Made by a program: the position numbers and the translations under genes. From Bdellovibrionota bacterium (GTDB taxonomy: Bacteria; Bdellovibrionota_C; UBA2361; JAAYZI01), in NCBI GenBank assembly GCA_050950765.1, contig JBMNIF010000001.1:384001-448000 (forward strand): DNA of 64,000 bases, given 5' to 3'. Shown one piece after another: positions 24,632-35,840 of the stretch; the stretch's first letter is position 1; each line of letters opens with the position of its first letter. Below the pieces are notes generated by a model. The model had not been told where the DNA came from. It ran no database searches and saw only the letters and a list, made by a program, of their open reading frames with translations.

Positions 24632-24897
24632 TTTGTTGTACCTTCAAAAAAATATGAAAGAGATACCACCTTTGGAGTTATTAATATTTTGGTATCCTTC
24701 CTACGTTCTAACACTGCAATGTAACCTAGCGCATTTTAATTGAAAATAACACCCGCAATAAACAGATAAGTCAAAAAATAACTATTTTTATTATAATAAA
24801 ATCAACGCATTAGTTGACTGTGGGGGGAATCTTTAATTATTTAAGGATAAAAAATCTTTTAAACGTCAATATTTGCCAAGTTTTTATGCAATCGCCT

Positions 24898-25425
24898 TTA
24901 AAAAGGACACCCACTTTTATAGCGCAGTTCTTAAGGATAGTAACCTAGATGATTGGGTGTCCTATTTATGTTGTGGTGTAAGAAGCTCGGTAGGCTAAGG
25001 TTGGAATCTCCCCCTCCCTAAAAAGGACACCCACTTTTAGGTGATTTTTAAGTTTTGGCTAACATTCTGATAGTACTAACTTATTGCAATTTTAAGCTTT
25101 GGGTGTCTTGTTTACAAAGCGCGCAACAGATGAGGGTGGCACCTGTTTTACCGTATTCTATTGTTAGTACTGTTAGTGCAAAGTTGGTCTCTTTGTAAAT
25201 TTGGGTGTCCTATTTGCAGGTCGCAGTTCTTAAGGATAGTAACCTAGATGATTGGGTGTCCTATTTATGTTGTGGTGTAAGAAGCTCGGCAGGCTAAGGT
25301 TGGAATCCCCCTTACTTACTTACTTACTTAAAAAGGACACCCACTTTTAGGTGAATTTTAAGTTTTGCCTAACATTCTGATAGTACTAACTTATTGCAAT
25401 TTTAAGCTTTGGGTGTCCTATTTAT
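24898..25425. repeat. Mosaic repeat cluster 5 with internal direct duplication
   Basis: GGACACCC/GGGTGTCC pairs; ~24923-25108 repeated at ~25222-25418. Confidence 0.9.
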
Positions 25426-25434
25426 AGATCCTAA

Positions 25435-27714
25435 TTATTCATATTCGTATTTGTTGTAATCGGGTAGGGGCTCTTCTTTTTCTTCTTCCTCTTCAACAAT
25501 ATTAACTCCACGCACCAGTTTTGAATTTAAAGGTGGCAATAGGTTGGTTGGACGTGACCAAGTCACGATGCAGAGGTTCTCTTCAGCGCGAGTCATAGCG
25601 GTGTAAAGTAAATTACGCCCGCGTTGGTCTGAGGGGTAACCTCTCGAAGTTGGGTTCCACAACAACACATTAACGAATTCAAGCCCTTTGGAATGCAAAA
25701 CATCGGTTACAATAATACCCTCTTCGAAAGAGAAAGAGTGCTCATCTCCCAGTCTCACCAACTGCCCGAAGCTCGGTTCAAGGAGGCTGGCTGTGACTTT
25801 TGCCTCTTGTAGAGTCGCTGTAATAACTGCGGTTAAGGCAGTAGGATAACGTTGAACGGCTTTGTTTAACCACTCGACTACTTCAAAAAAACCTTTTTCT
25901 TCAGTGTAACACTTAAACCAGATCGGTGTGCGACCAGGTCGTCCCTGTGTAACGAGATCTCGTCCTTGGACATATTCTGCTAAACGCATGATCTGCAAAG
26001 TTGATCTGTGACTGACAGTTAATGTGACATATTTTGAGAGGGACTCTTTAAACTTCCAGTGTCGCATTAATTTATCCCAGCCTGGAAAATCAACTCCGGC
26101 ATAGATATTTTGAGAGGTATCGCCGACTAATGTCAGCTGTTTTTTGTCTTTTACGCCTTCAATGAAAATAGCCAAATCCATCGGACTAAAATCTTGTGCT
26201 TCATCTACAACGATATGATCCAAAAGCCCTTGACTGCCATCGGGAAGGGTTAAAAGACCGCCACGCAAACGGTGTAAACGAATAAAAATGGCATCTAAAG
26301 CATAGTCAAGAACGTGTGCATTTTTTAACGCTTCAACGAAAGTTTTTGTTTCTGCAACAACATCTTTATCGATTAGTTTTGTCTCGTCATAAGAGATGAT
26401 CATTTCAGAGTTTGAAAGGATCTGAATAAGGGAGTCAAAAAAGGATGGTGTTACGATCTTTGTTAAACGACTATGCAGATCAAAGATACCGACATGCATT
26501 GGATGTTGCGGATTAAAAGTTTGTAAGCCACGAATTGAAGCGTTTAATAAGTTTTGTAAGATCTCTGAAGGGTGTTTTTTTGCTTCTTGATTAGAATGGA
26601 AAGCTTTTATTATTCCACTTGGAATTTTATTCCAGTCTGTTTTTGTTGTGATATCTTGCAACGCTTTTGAAAGTCTGTCCGTTTCCCATTCTTCAAGAGC
26701 TGTCAAAAGTGCCATTGAACGCAAAGTGCGTTGCACACCTAGTGGCGCAGGTGTGGACGGTCTTTTGATATCGCCGTCCGCATCAATCAAGTCAGGGCAT
26801 ATCTTTGTAATAGTTTTCTTTGTCCAGTCGTGATACGTCAAAACATTTACCCCTGGGACTCCGATAGATGGTAAAAAATTCTCAACGTAGGCCTTCAAAA
26901 TTTTACTGAGAACGACCACAACACATCGCTCCGCTTTTAAATCAGAATTATCTTCATGTAAAAGCCAAGCCAAACGGTGCAGGGCGACTGTGGTTTTACC
27001 AGAACCCGCAATGCCTTGAATTAGAATTGCAGTTTCTGAATCCTCTGTAATAGTTTGAAACTGCTCTTTAGTTATTAACGAAAGGACATCCGGTAACGTT
27101 CCACGGGAGCCTGAGTGTCGAGGGTGTCGTGCCTGAGAGCCTTGCCAAGTATCATTCTTGTCTCGAAAGAAATTGCCGTATCGACAAGATAACTTCATAA
27201 GTTGTTGATCTTCTATTTCAACAGAATTGCGTAATTTTACGAATCCATAACGTTCGTTACCTTGAATTTCTTCGCAGTACTCGTCACCCTCTCTATAATC
27301 ATAGTATAGCTTTGAGATAGGGGCTTTGCGCCAATCGATGATACGGGCATCCGGATTTGCAGAAAAACCTAGTTTGTATTCATATTGTTTGGTTTGTCCG
27401 TTAGAGTCTTCTTCTAGAACGAAACGGGCAAAATACGGTTTGTCGATCTGCTTTTGAAGGATTTCAATATCAGCTGCTTTTTTGTGACTTATGGCGTGCG
27501 CCACAGCTTCGTCAGAGGCCAGTAAAGCTTTTTCTTCCTCTCTAAATGTGGCAACTATTTCAGAAGTAAGCTCTCTCGCTTTTCTACTTTCACTTTGCAG
27601 CTTTGTTGAAGAGTGGCTTAATTGTGCGTGTAGGGAATCTAGTACATTGCTAAGACATTGCTCTTCTTCATTTATTGCTGCTAATGCTTCTTGAGATAAT
27701 TCTTTTGTACTCAT
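25435..27714 (-). CDS. SF1 helicase-like protein, HelD-like
   Basis: PYFAR, IDWRKAP, GIAGSGKTT, DEAQD, KGLEF, YTAMTRA. Confidence 0.85.
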   Translation of the reverse strand: MSTKELSQEALAAINEEEQCLSNVLDSLHAQLSHSSTKLQSESRKARELTSEIVATFREEEKALLASDEAVAHAISHKKAADIEILQKQIDKPYFARFVLEEDSNGQTKQYEYKLGFSANPDARIIDWRKAPISKLYYDYREGDEYCEEIQGNERYGFVKLRNSVEIEDQQLMKLSCRYGNFFRDKNDTWQGSQARHPRHSGSRGTLPDVLSLITKEQFQTITEDSETAILIQGIAGSGKTTVALHRLAWLLHEDNSDLKAERCVVVVLSKILKAYVENFLPSIGVPGVNVLTYHDWTKKTITKICPDLIDADGDIKRPSTPAPLGVQRTLRSMALLTALEEWETDRLSKALQDITTKTDWNKIPSGIIKAFHSNQEAKKHPSEILQNLLNASIRGLQTFNPQHPMHVGIFDLHSRLTKIVTPSFFDSLIQILSNSEMIISYDETKLIDKDVVAETKTFVEALKNAHVLDYALDAIFIRLHRLRGGLLTLPDGSQGLLDHIVVDEAQDFSPMDLAIFIEGVKDKKQLTLVGDTSQNIYAGVDFPGWDKLMRHWKFKESLSKYVTLTVSHRSTLQIMRLAEYVQGRDLVTQGRPGRTPIWFKCYTEEKGFFEVVEWLNKAVQRYPTALTAVITATLQEAKVTASLLEPSFGQLVRLGDEHSFSFEEGIIVTDVLHSKGLEFVNVLLWNPTSRGYPSDQRGRNLLYTAMTRAEENLCIVTWSRPTNLLPPLNSKLVRGVNIVEEEEEKEEPLPDYNKYEYE

Positions 27715-27837
27715 AACTAAAAAATATAGAAATTATGAAATATCGAAAAGTTTGAAAATACGGCAATATAAAAAGAGTAGCAAGAGGGGAAGTATTGTAG
27801 TAAGTCCAAAGAGTAAGTTTTTACGGGATTTTAAGGG

Positions 27838-28947
27838 ATGTTTTTAATTTTACTTTTTTTGTCATTGATAGTGTCTGTGACCACGCCGAGCGTCGGAATG
27901 TGCGTTGCTGTTATAGGTGCTTTACTGGCAATGTATTTAGAAAAGAAAAAACACGGTTTAGGGATCTTTTTTTCTGGTGTGGTGACGCCGCTTTTTTCTC
28001 TCTTTGGTTCTGGGACGTTGCTTTTGTTCTTTTTAATCTTTCTTGCTTTTCGCAAGGAACGCGTGCATTTTTGGAAACTAGGTCGTGCTTGGTTTTATCT
28101 CGCTTTAATCGCTTTCTGGGTAGTGGCAGAGCTTATTTGTGGAATATTTTATTTTAGAGATTGGCTCGATCATATCACCACAACGCCACCGCACGTTATT
28201 TTTTCTTTTGTTGAAGCTATCAGATTTTTCTTGTTTATTGGGTTATGTCATTTATTTTCTGAGAGTGAATATAAAAGAGAGCAATTTTTTAGAGGATTAG
28301 TAAGGGGCTTAACAATAAGTGCATTTATTGTGTTGGTGCAGTTGTGTTTGCCGCAAATTCGGCACCTTTTTATAAATCAGAATACTTTTTGGAGTTCTAT
28401 CGGAAGATATCCTGGAACGTTTAGTGATCCAAATGCTTTTGGAGTCTTTGTAGGATTGGCGTTTGCGCCGTTACTTTGTTTTGCCCAGCGCAATAGGTTT
28501 GCACGTTTTTTAATGTTGTTGTGGATTGTATTAGGGGTGTTTTCAGGATCTTGCAGCTTTTTTATCGCGCTCTTTTTATATGTTGCTGCTTGGCTATTCT
28601 TTTATAGTAAGAAGTTCTTCTGCGCTTCGCTCTGTTGTCTGTTGTTATTTTGTGGGGGTGTTAAATATTTTGCAAGTTCAGATCCAGATAGATTTTTAAG
28701 AGTGGTAGATACTCTTCCCAGCGGACTTAGTCGGATCGCTAAAATATTTTCTTCAGATGGAGTAAGTGAAGCTTTAAATTCTAGGATAGTATTTTGGAAA
28801 ATTGATTGGAAGATGTTGACGGAATCGCCATTTGGAGGTTTCGGGATTTTGTCAGGGATAGGGTTTAATCAGTTTGAAAGATTTTTACCTTATTACGGTG
28901 CAAAAGAATCTCAAAAAGGACACCCACTTTTAGGGTGGCTGCTTTAG
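27838..28947 (+). pseudogene. O-antigen ligase (Wzy_C) family membrane protein, probably 3'-truncated
   Basis: GTFSDPNAFG, SRIVFW, GIGFNQF; last codons come from a repeat core. Confidence 0.65.
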
Positions 28948-29625
28948 AGTTTGGTTGATCTTGTTGCCACTGCTCTGATTTAGGACACCCACCAAAGCCA
29001 CCAAGTTCATCCGATCTATTTAGGACACCCATTCTAGTTAACGCCCCAACTTTTGTTAACGTTTTGATATTATTAAATTGGCTTCAAAAAGGACACCCAC
29101 TTTTGGTAGTGGCTGCTTTAGAGTTTGGCGGTCTACTGCCACTCGCCTTGTTAGAGATGGTATTAAATTGGGTGTCCTAATTGGAATTCCCTAATTGGAA
29201 TTGTGTCAGTGAATTTGGGGTGTCCTTTTTGGTGCAGCACCAACCTGCTGAGGGGAAGGGGATTTTGGGTGTCTTAATTAGAGTCGTAGGGAGGCTGCTT
29301 TAGAGTTTGGTTGATCTTATTGCCACTGCTGATTTAGGACACCCATTCTAGTTAACGCCTCAACTTTTGTTAACGTTTTGATATTATTAAACTGACTTCA
29401 AAAAGGACACCCACTTTTGGTAGTGGTTGTTTTAGAGTTTGGCGTTCTACTACCACTCGCCTTGTTAGAGATGGGATCAAATTGGGTGTCCTAATTGGAA
29501 TTGATGATGAATTTTGGGTGTCCTTTTTGGTGTAGCACTAGTTTGCTGAGGGAGGAGATTTTGGGTGTCCTTTTTGGTGCAGCACTAGTTTGCTGAGGAA
29601 GGGGATTTTGGGTGTCCTAATTGGG
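28912..29625. repeat. Mosaic repeat cluster 6 with ~310 bp internal duplication
   Basis: >10 GGACACCC/GGGTGTCC cores. Confidence 0.9.
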
Positions 29626-29632
29626 AGTCGTC

Positions 29633-30337
29633 CTACGCAACGATTAGTTCTTTCACGGAGCCCTCAAAGATTTTTGCACATTCTTTTAAAAACTTGTCAC
29701 TTGTACGCGGGATATTTTTGAATTCTTCATCAAGAACCGTTTCTCGAGGGACAAAAGGTTGCAGGACATAACACATAGCATCTTGCACAAGGTCTTTAAT
29801 GGCGATCAACTTGTCTTTTGTATGATATCCTTCGATAATAGTGGTACGAAATTCATAAGGCACAGAACCGTTTTTCAGGATCTTAATGGTTCTTTTTAAG
29901 GATTCTGTATCTTTAAATCCTGTTAGATACGGATAATCTTCCAGCGGACACTTCACATCGACGGCGATATAATCCACTAACGGTAGTAATTCCTCCATAA
30001 TTTGAGGATTAGAACCGTTCGTATCAAGTTTTATCTTTAAATCACGATCTTTGAAAAACGTAATTAAAGCTTTTAAATCTGGACTGAGGGTTGGCTCTCC
30101 GCCTGTAATTACAACTCCATCAATCCAATTATCTTTAAAAGTTTGGCAAAATGTATCTAAATCCTTCCAAGTAATGTTTTGATCTGCATTAGGGAGCAAC
30201 GTTTTATTATGGCAGAAGCGGCACCTGAAATTACACCCACTGAGAAAAAAAACTATAGACAGGTGCCCTCTAAAATCCAACATCGAAGGTTGTGGTAAAT
30301 AACCAAAAACGGGTGATGGTAATGCTTCCTCTATCAT
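29633..30337 (-). CDS. nrdG: Anaerobic ribonucleotide reductase activating radical SAM protein
   Basis: CNFRCRFC, TGGEP, LDTNG. Confidence 0.93.
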   Translation of the reverse strand: MIEEALPSPVFGYLPQPSMLDFRGHLSIVFFLSGCNFRCRFCHNKTLLPNADQNITWKDLDTFCQTFKDNWIDGVVITGGEPTLSPDLKALITFFKDRDLKIKLDTNGSNPQIMEELLPLVDYIAVDVKCPLEDYPYLTGFKDTESLKRTIKILKNGSVPYEFRTTIIEGYHTKDKLIAIKDLVQDAMCYVLQPFVPRETVLDEEFKNIPRTSDKFLKECAKIFEGSVKELIVA

Positions 30338-30513
30338 TTTTAATTGTCCTTATAGCTAGCGCATGAAGAACTTGCGAAAAATCAAATCTTTCGCAATACC
30401 TGTAATCAATCCTGTTCTCAGAAGGTAACAGAAAACAAAAAAGCAGCCAAAATAGCTAAAGAAGACAGGGGAAAATAGAAATATTTTCTCCCCTGCCTTA
30501 TAGTAAACAAGAG

Positions 30514-30903
30514 CTAGGCAGCTTCACGAGCTTGTTTTAAAATTTCTATTACTGCTGCCGGTGGAATTATACCTTTCCCCGCTTCAGAATAGTCAGTTTG
30601 AATCCCGATAAAACGGAGCGGTCTCAATCCTGTGGTTGTGTGAGAGTGCTCCGGATTGTGTATCGCCTCAAAGGTATCTGATCCCGCCACCTTTTTTTCT
30701 ACAATAAACGACGGAATTCGTTGAGGATTGAGGCATTCACGTTGTGCAAACGCCACTAAGCCATCCTCAGTAGAGATATCGTTGTAGCGAACTTCAAAAT
30801 CCTGCCAATCTGTCGAAATTAGTTTATCTAATCTCGCTTTAAGCTGCGCACACTTGCTGCAACCCTTCTTCCCGTATAGATCTATTCGATATTTCTTTTC
30901 CAT
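30514..30903 (-). CDS. Small thioredoxin/glutaredoxin-like protein
   Basis: YGKKGCSKC, RIPSF; between nrdD and nrdG. Confidence 0.8.
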   Translation of the reverse strand: MEKKYRIDLYGKKGCSKCAQLKARLDKLISTDWQDFEVRYNDISTEDGLVAFAQRECLNPQRIPSFIVEKKVAGSDTFEAIHNPEHSHTTTGLRPLRFIGIQTDYSEAGKGIIPPAAVIEILKQAREAA

Positions 30904-33643
30904 TTCCAGATACTCCAGTTACTGTTTTCTCAATCTTACTAACTAATCCAACCTTGGCAGCGTTTACCATCAGATCCGCTGGACACTCCACAGAGTATTG
31001 TCCACGATGACGATCTAACAATTCTCCGTAGCGTTTCGATTTGTTCCAGTTTGTAATCTTACTGAAATATCCGACAACGCGAGTTTCTCCGACGACATCT
31101 TCAGAACCACAAGCGCGGCACTGAGTCTGCAAGCCACGACTAACGTGATAGCAGGAGTTGCAGTGCGTAAATTCAGGAGAGATTGTCAACTGTGCAGATT
31201 GTGTTTCAAAGAACGTCTCTGTTACCAATCTTGCTATGGAAGCAGCTGAAGGTTTTTCCTCTCCGATAAAGGCGTGTATCATAGCGCCTGATTCAATCAT
31301 GCTATGAAACTTGCTTTGCGCGCGCACACGTTCAACCAATGAAACGGGGGCTTCAGGTGCAATGTGAACTGAGTTTGTGTAATACGCCACGTCTTCGCTC
31401 TCTCCTTTGACGATGTTTTGAGCTTCATCTTGAAAGTAGATCAGGTCGGTGCGTGCTAAACGGCGTGCTGCACTTTCTGCAGGCGATTCTTCAAGAGAAA
31501 ATTTAATTCCGTGTTCCTCCGTAAGATCGCGTATTTTTGTAAACATTTTTGCTGTTAAGCGAAGAGCCATATCCATAGCTTCTGCATCTTCGTGGAGCTC
31601 TTTTCCGCAAAGAAATTTCACAGCATCGTTTACGCCAATTAAGCCGATAATATAAGTACATTTATCTAATTCGACGTAAGGACGTCCGTCACAAGCAGTG
31701 CGTCCAATCTGATAAAGTGGACGACCAGGCTCACTCATCATTTCAGCGATCTTTTGCTTCTTCTCCAGATGTGCTTTAGCAGCAAGATCCATCGTAGCAT
31801 TAACTTCTTCCCAAAGTCCTTCCAAAGTCTTGTTGCCTTTGCGTGAAGCACGATAAGCAGCTTGCGGAATATTAACTGTTACATTTTGGAAACCGCAAAA
31901 ACGCATTGATTCCGGATGGGTTAACATTCTGTTGTCATTTATAGTTGTGCGAAGCCTGCAACAGGCAGAGAGTGTTACAGCATCTCTATCAAAGATGAAG
32001 TAAGTTGAACCGTTTCTGCTTGATAATTCACAAGCTTGTTGAAAGACTTTAAACTGCTCTGGGTCTTTAAAAGTCTCTTCACTGATGTGGAAGTCGCATT
32101 TCGGGAACTCAAAAACACGTCCGTGACGGTCGCCTTCTGCAAAAACTTCAAGTAAGGCTGAAGCAAAAAGTCTAGCTTCTTCTTCATATTCACCGTAAGT
32201 AACGATAGCTTCGCCACGTTGTTTAAGGTCTTCCTCAACCGCTTTGTCGTAAATAAAGCCGTGCGTTTTATCGAAGCACTCTCTTAAAACAACACGTGAA
32301 GAGCCGTCTTTATCGACGTAAGTTAGCTGCATCAGCTTATTACCGGAGGTATCTGTCTCATCTAATAACTCTTCTGTGACGGGAACTTTGGTACCATCCG
32401 AGAGTTTTAACATATAAGAACCACCAGGACCAATAGCAGGGACTTTTTTAAGATAATCTGGAATTCCAGTATGAATGTTAAAATCCAAGAAGAGTGTTTG
32501 TCCGCCACGAGAAAACGCATTTTGAGAGCCGTTAAAAATCAACTCCTGCGCAACCTGTTTTTTCTCTTTTGCGGTTAGACCTTCTAAGAGTGGCGCATAA
32601 AAGATGTTGATGTACGCAATGCCGAGAGCACCTGCATAGTTAGCTTGCATAGAAGCTAAGAAGGTATTGAGGTGACCTGTTAAAACGGAGGCACTGCGCG
32701 CCGGATTTGACTCGGTATTTAAGTTTAACAAACCACGCAATCCGTATTTTTTCACGTACTCGATAGAGTGCGAAGAGCAATAAACACGATGCGGATAGCC
32801 TAAGTCGTGCAAGTGGATACTGCCTGTGTCATGAGCACGCTTAACTTCCGGAGAAAAGATCGTATCAAGTGCCCACTGCTTCAAAATTAGCTCAGCCAAT
32901 CCTAAATTAACAGCCTCTGGATTGTTATTAACGATGTTACTATTCTCTGTGGACTTAGTGAACATCAATTGTTCAATAAAATTTTTGGGCACTGCATAAA
33001 GGGAGAGGTCGCGTAGTTGATCGTGACAACCGCGACCAGAAAGCTCGTTGTTGACCAATTCGCGAATTAAGGTAGTGCTTACAGTTGTAAAATTACCTGC
33101 AATAACGTGATTTTCAACAGCTTTGGCGACCGAGTTTGCAACTTCAAGTGAAAGAGAGGTCTCGTCCATTAGTTGTGCAACAATACGTTGTCGATCCCAA
33201 GGTCGTGTAATGTCTTTTGTGGCAGATTCTACTAAAAGGAGGCTGGCATCTGTAACGTCGACATTTCCTCCTGCTGTATCTGTGACACGAATTCTATTTC
33301 TGGCTAATTCACGTTGCTTGCGATAGCGCTTATAGGCGGCTACCTCTTGTGGGTGCCCAGATTCGGCTAAAACGACTTCAACTAGATCTTGAACATCTTC
33401 AATTTTTGGTATCCGTTTGCCTGTTTTGTCTTTAACGACGTAATAGTCGCATTCAGGATTGTTTAATTCTGATACGACAGTTTTTGCGATCTGAGACGCC
33501 AGTCCTGTTTGGACCTCTGTATTATTTTTATGAGAGACGCTATCTAAAACCTTACTTACCGCACGTTCAATCTTTTGCGATTGAAAAGGCACGATAGAAC
33601 CGTTCCGTTTTTGAAATCCATGAAAACCGTGATTTGCATCCAT
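30839..33643 (-). CDS. nrdD: Class III anaerobic ribonucleoside-triphosphate reductase with two ATP-cone-like domains
   Basis: HLHDLG, YC, CCRL, PAES, YYTNS, CxxC…CxxC, RVVGY glycyl radical motif. Confidence 0.96.
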   Translation of the reverse strand: MDANHGFHGFQKRNGSIVPFQSQKIERAVSKVLDSVSHKNNTEVQTGLASQIAKTVVSELNNPECDYYVVKDKTGKRIPKIEDVQDLVEVVLAESGHPQEVAAYKRYRKQRELARNRIRVTDTAGGNVDVTDASLLLVESATKDITRPWDRQRIVAQLMDETSLSLEVANSVAKAVENHVIAGNFTTVSTTLIRELVNNELSGRGCHDQLRDLSLYAVPKNFIEQLMFTKSTENSNIVNNNPEAVNLGLAELILKQWALDTIFSPEVKRAHDTGSIHLHDLGYPHRVYCSSHSIEYVKKYGLRGLLNLNTESNPARSASVLTGHLNTFLASMQANYAGALGIAYINIFYAPLLEGLTAKEKKQVAQELIFNGSQNAFSRGGQTLFLDFNIHTGIPDYLKKVPAIGPGGSYMLKLSDGTKVPVTEELLDETDTSGNKLMQLTYVDKDGSSRVVLRECFDKTHGFIYDKAVEEDLKQRGEAIVTYGEYEEEARLFASALLEVFAEGDRHGRVFEFPKCDFHISEETFKDPEQFKVFQQACELSSRNGSTYFIFDRDAVTLSACCRLRTTINDNRMLTHPESMRFCGFQNVTVNIPQAAYRASRKGNKTLEGLWEEVNATMDLAAKAHLEKKQKIAEMMSEPGRPLYQIGRTACDGRPYVELDKCTYIIGLIGVNDAVKFLCGKELHEDAEAMDMALRLTAKMFTKIRDLTEEHGIKFSLEESPAESAARRLARTDLIYFQDEAQNIVKGESEDVAYYTNSVHIAPEAPVSLVERVRAQSKFHSMIESGAMIHAFIGEEKPSAASIARLVTETFFETQSAQLTISPEFTHCNSCYHVSRGLQTQCRACGSEDVVGETRVVGYFSKITNWNKSKRYGELLDRHRGQYSVECPADLMVNAAKVGLVSKIEKTVTGVSGNGKEISNRSIREEGLQQVCAA

Positions 33644-33815
33644 TAAATCCCCCCACTAATTATTTATTAGAGTATTTTGATAATTATCTGAAAATTGGTG
33701 TTACAAACCTTAATCATGCAGATACAGACAGGATATTTGCAAAAAAACGAACCAGCAAAACGCGTCTGTAACATAGTGATAGTCAATTTCAGATGACTTT
33801 CCTGTTTAACGAGAT

Positions 33816-33863
33816 ACACAATATGTAGTGGTGTGGCGTTCTGTCAACCACTAGATTTAGTGG
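33816..33863 (-). promoter_or_regulatory. Tandem NrdR boxes flanking a TTGACA -35 (minus strand)
   Basis: ACACAATATGTAGTGG and CCACTAGATTTAGTGG, 32 bp apart, upstream of nrdD. Confidence 0.85.
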
Positions 33864-34021
33864 TTTTGAGATTTTTTAGGTGGATGGGTCTAGGGACAGA
33901 ACCGGAAATATAACAGTCTCAAATGGTTAGCGAAAGAAGAACATTGTAGGAACTAAAAAAAAAGTGGATTTCTATTTAAGACAGCGGTTGATTGTGAAAC
34001 AAATCAGGTTTTAGCCTCATT

Positions 34022-34172
34022 CTAAAAAGGACACCCAAACTAATCTTGAATCTTAATGGGACACCCAATAATTGCAAAGAGAGGAGCCAATTCAAAAGTG
34101 GGTGTCCTAATTATTTTAAGCAAAGATTGGGTGTCCTAGTTGTTTTTAAGATTGGGTGTCCTAGTTGTTTTT
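34022..34172. repeat. REP-like cores left of RAYT
   Basis: 2x GGACACCC then 3x GGGTGTCC. Confidence 0.85.
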
Positions 34173-34238
34173 TAGGAAACTTTTAAATTTTTTAAGCGAC
34201 ATGACCTTCTGAAACTTTTAAATACAAGGAGGTTATTA

Positions 34239-35291
34239 ATGACCACAGCAAGAAAAGATATTATTATAGATGGTGTTGATGCAATTTATCATTGTACAAG
34301 TCGTTGTGTACGAAGAGCTTATCTGTGTGGTAAGGATTTTTTGACCAATGTCAGTTATGAACATAGAAAAGACTGGGTACGTGATAGGTTGATCTTTTTA
34401 TCCTCAATCTTCAGCATAGATATCCTTAATTATTCCATTATGGATAATCACCTGCATGTTCTCATTAAGACTAATTTCAGTAAGTTAAAAACGTTATCAG
34501 ATAGAGAGTTGGCTTACAGATGGAGAAAGCTTTATCCGAAAACTTTTAAGGGAAAGGATAAGCCTGCTACTCCGAGTGAAGAGGAGGTGACGTTGCTGGT
34601 TAATGATACTGTTATGATGCCCAAGATACGAGAACGTCTAGGGAGTGTTAGTTGGTTGATGAAGTCTTTAAGTGAGGATATTGCTAGAAAAGCAAATAAA
34701 GAAGATGAATGTACAGGACGTTTCTGGGAAGGTAGGTTTGGTTGTAAAAGGGTTTTAGATATCGGAGCTGTGTTAAAATGCGCTGTCTATGTAGATCTAA
34801 ATCCTATTCGTGCTGGGAAAGCGAAGACGCCTGAAGATAGCGAATTTACCAGTGTTCATGACAGAATAGAAAGTTCACTTGCTACAGAAAAATTAAAAAC
34901 AATAGGAATTAAGAGTAGGTTAACTAAAAGAGAGTTTAAAGTTCTAGAAGAAAAGGCAAATAAGAGTAGTTGGCTTGCCCCTATATTTAGTACTCCAGAT
35001 AAAAAAGGTTTATTACCTGTGGATTTTGATGACTATTTACAGATTTTGGAATGGACTGGAAAGCAGTTAGTTGAAGGGAAAAGGGGCTTTATTCCGTTAG
35101 ATTTAGTGCCCGTTTTAGAGAGATTAAAGTTAAATTTAGAGAATTGGACTGAAAGTGTAACAACTTTTGGGAAGGATTTTCACTTGGTAATAGGAAGTGA
35201 AAGCTCAATTAGAGCAATATCAGCAGAAAAGAATAAGAAGAAGTGTTTCCACGGCATAGCAGCGGCAAGAAAAACATTCTTTAATGGTTAA
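34239..35291 (+). mobile_element. REP-associated tyrosine (HUH/Y1) transposase, RAYT-like
   Basis: YHCTSRCVRR, MDNHLH (HUH), FWEGRF, YVDLNPIRAG; GGAGG SD. Confidence 0.92.
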
Positions 35292-35454
35292 AATAAGGGA
35301 CATTAAGTAAAAAACACGCTCAAGCTTTCCTGCTAGACAGGAAAGATCTATCAAAAAGGTGATTTTTAGCGGCAAAAATCATTAATAAGAGAAAATTCTA
35401 GAAAAAATCGAGCAAAATTAATTGCTATAAAGCTAGATTTTAGCCTCTTCGCAG

Positions 35455-35535
35455 TAAGTTGGACACCCACCTTTAAGAGGGGCTGATAGGACGCTAAAAG
35501 TGGGTGTCCAACTTACGAAGGTGGGTGTCCTATTT
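35455..35535. repeat. REPIN-like inverted doublet right of RAYT
   Basis: GTAAGTTGGACACCCAC…GTGGGTGTCCAACTTAC plus a third core. Confidence 0.88.
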
Positions 35536-35840
35536 GCTATTCTGGAGCAAAAAGCTAGAATTCGCTGAATCGAGGAGGGGGACTCTCTCCTTTGATCTTT
35601 TATAATTTATAGTGGGTATCAGTTAATTTAAGGATTTAACTAGGGTTAATATCTATACCAAAACGCTACCTATTTTATGAGTTGTCTTCTGTTTGTATGC
35701 AAAGTTCTATTACAAAAAGTACAGAGGCAACTGTTGATTAGCTAGTTTTTTTAACTAATCAATAGTTGTCTCCGTGGCTAAGAAATGGTCTTTGCTACTG
35801 ATAGAGATGACATTCATATTTCCTATAGAAGGAGAAAATC

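Noticed and set aside
32200..32430. Intein in NrdD insert
   Set aside because: No N-terminal Cys/Ser block or C-terminal His-Asn
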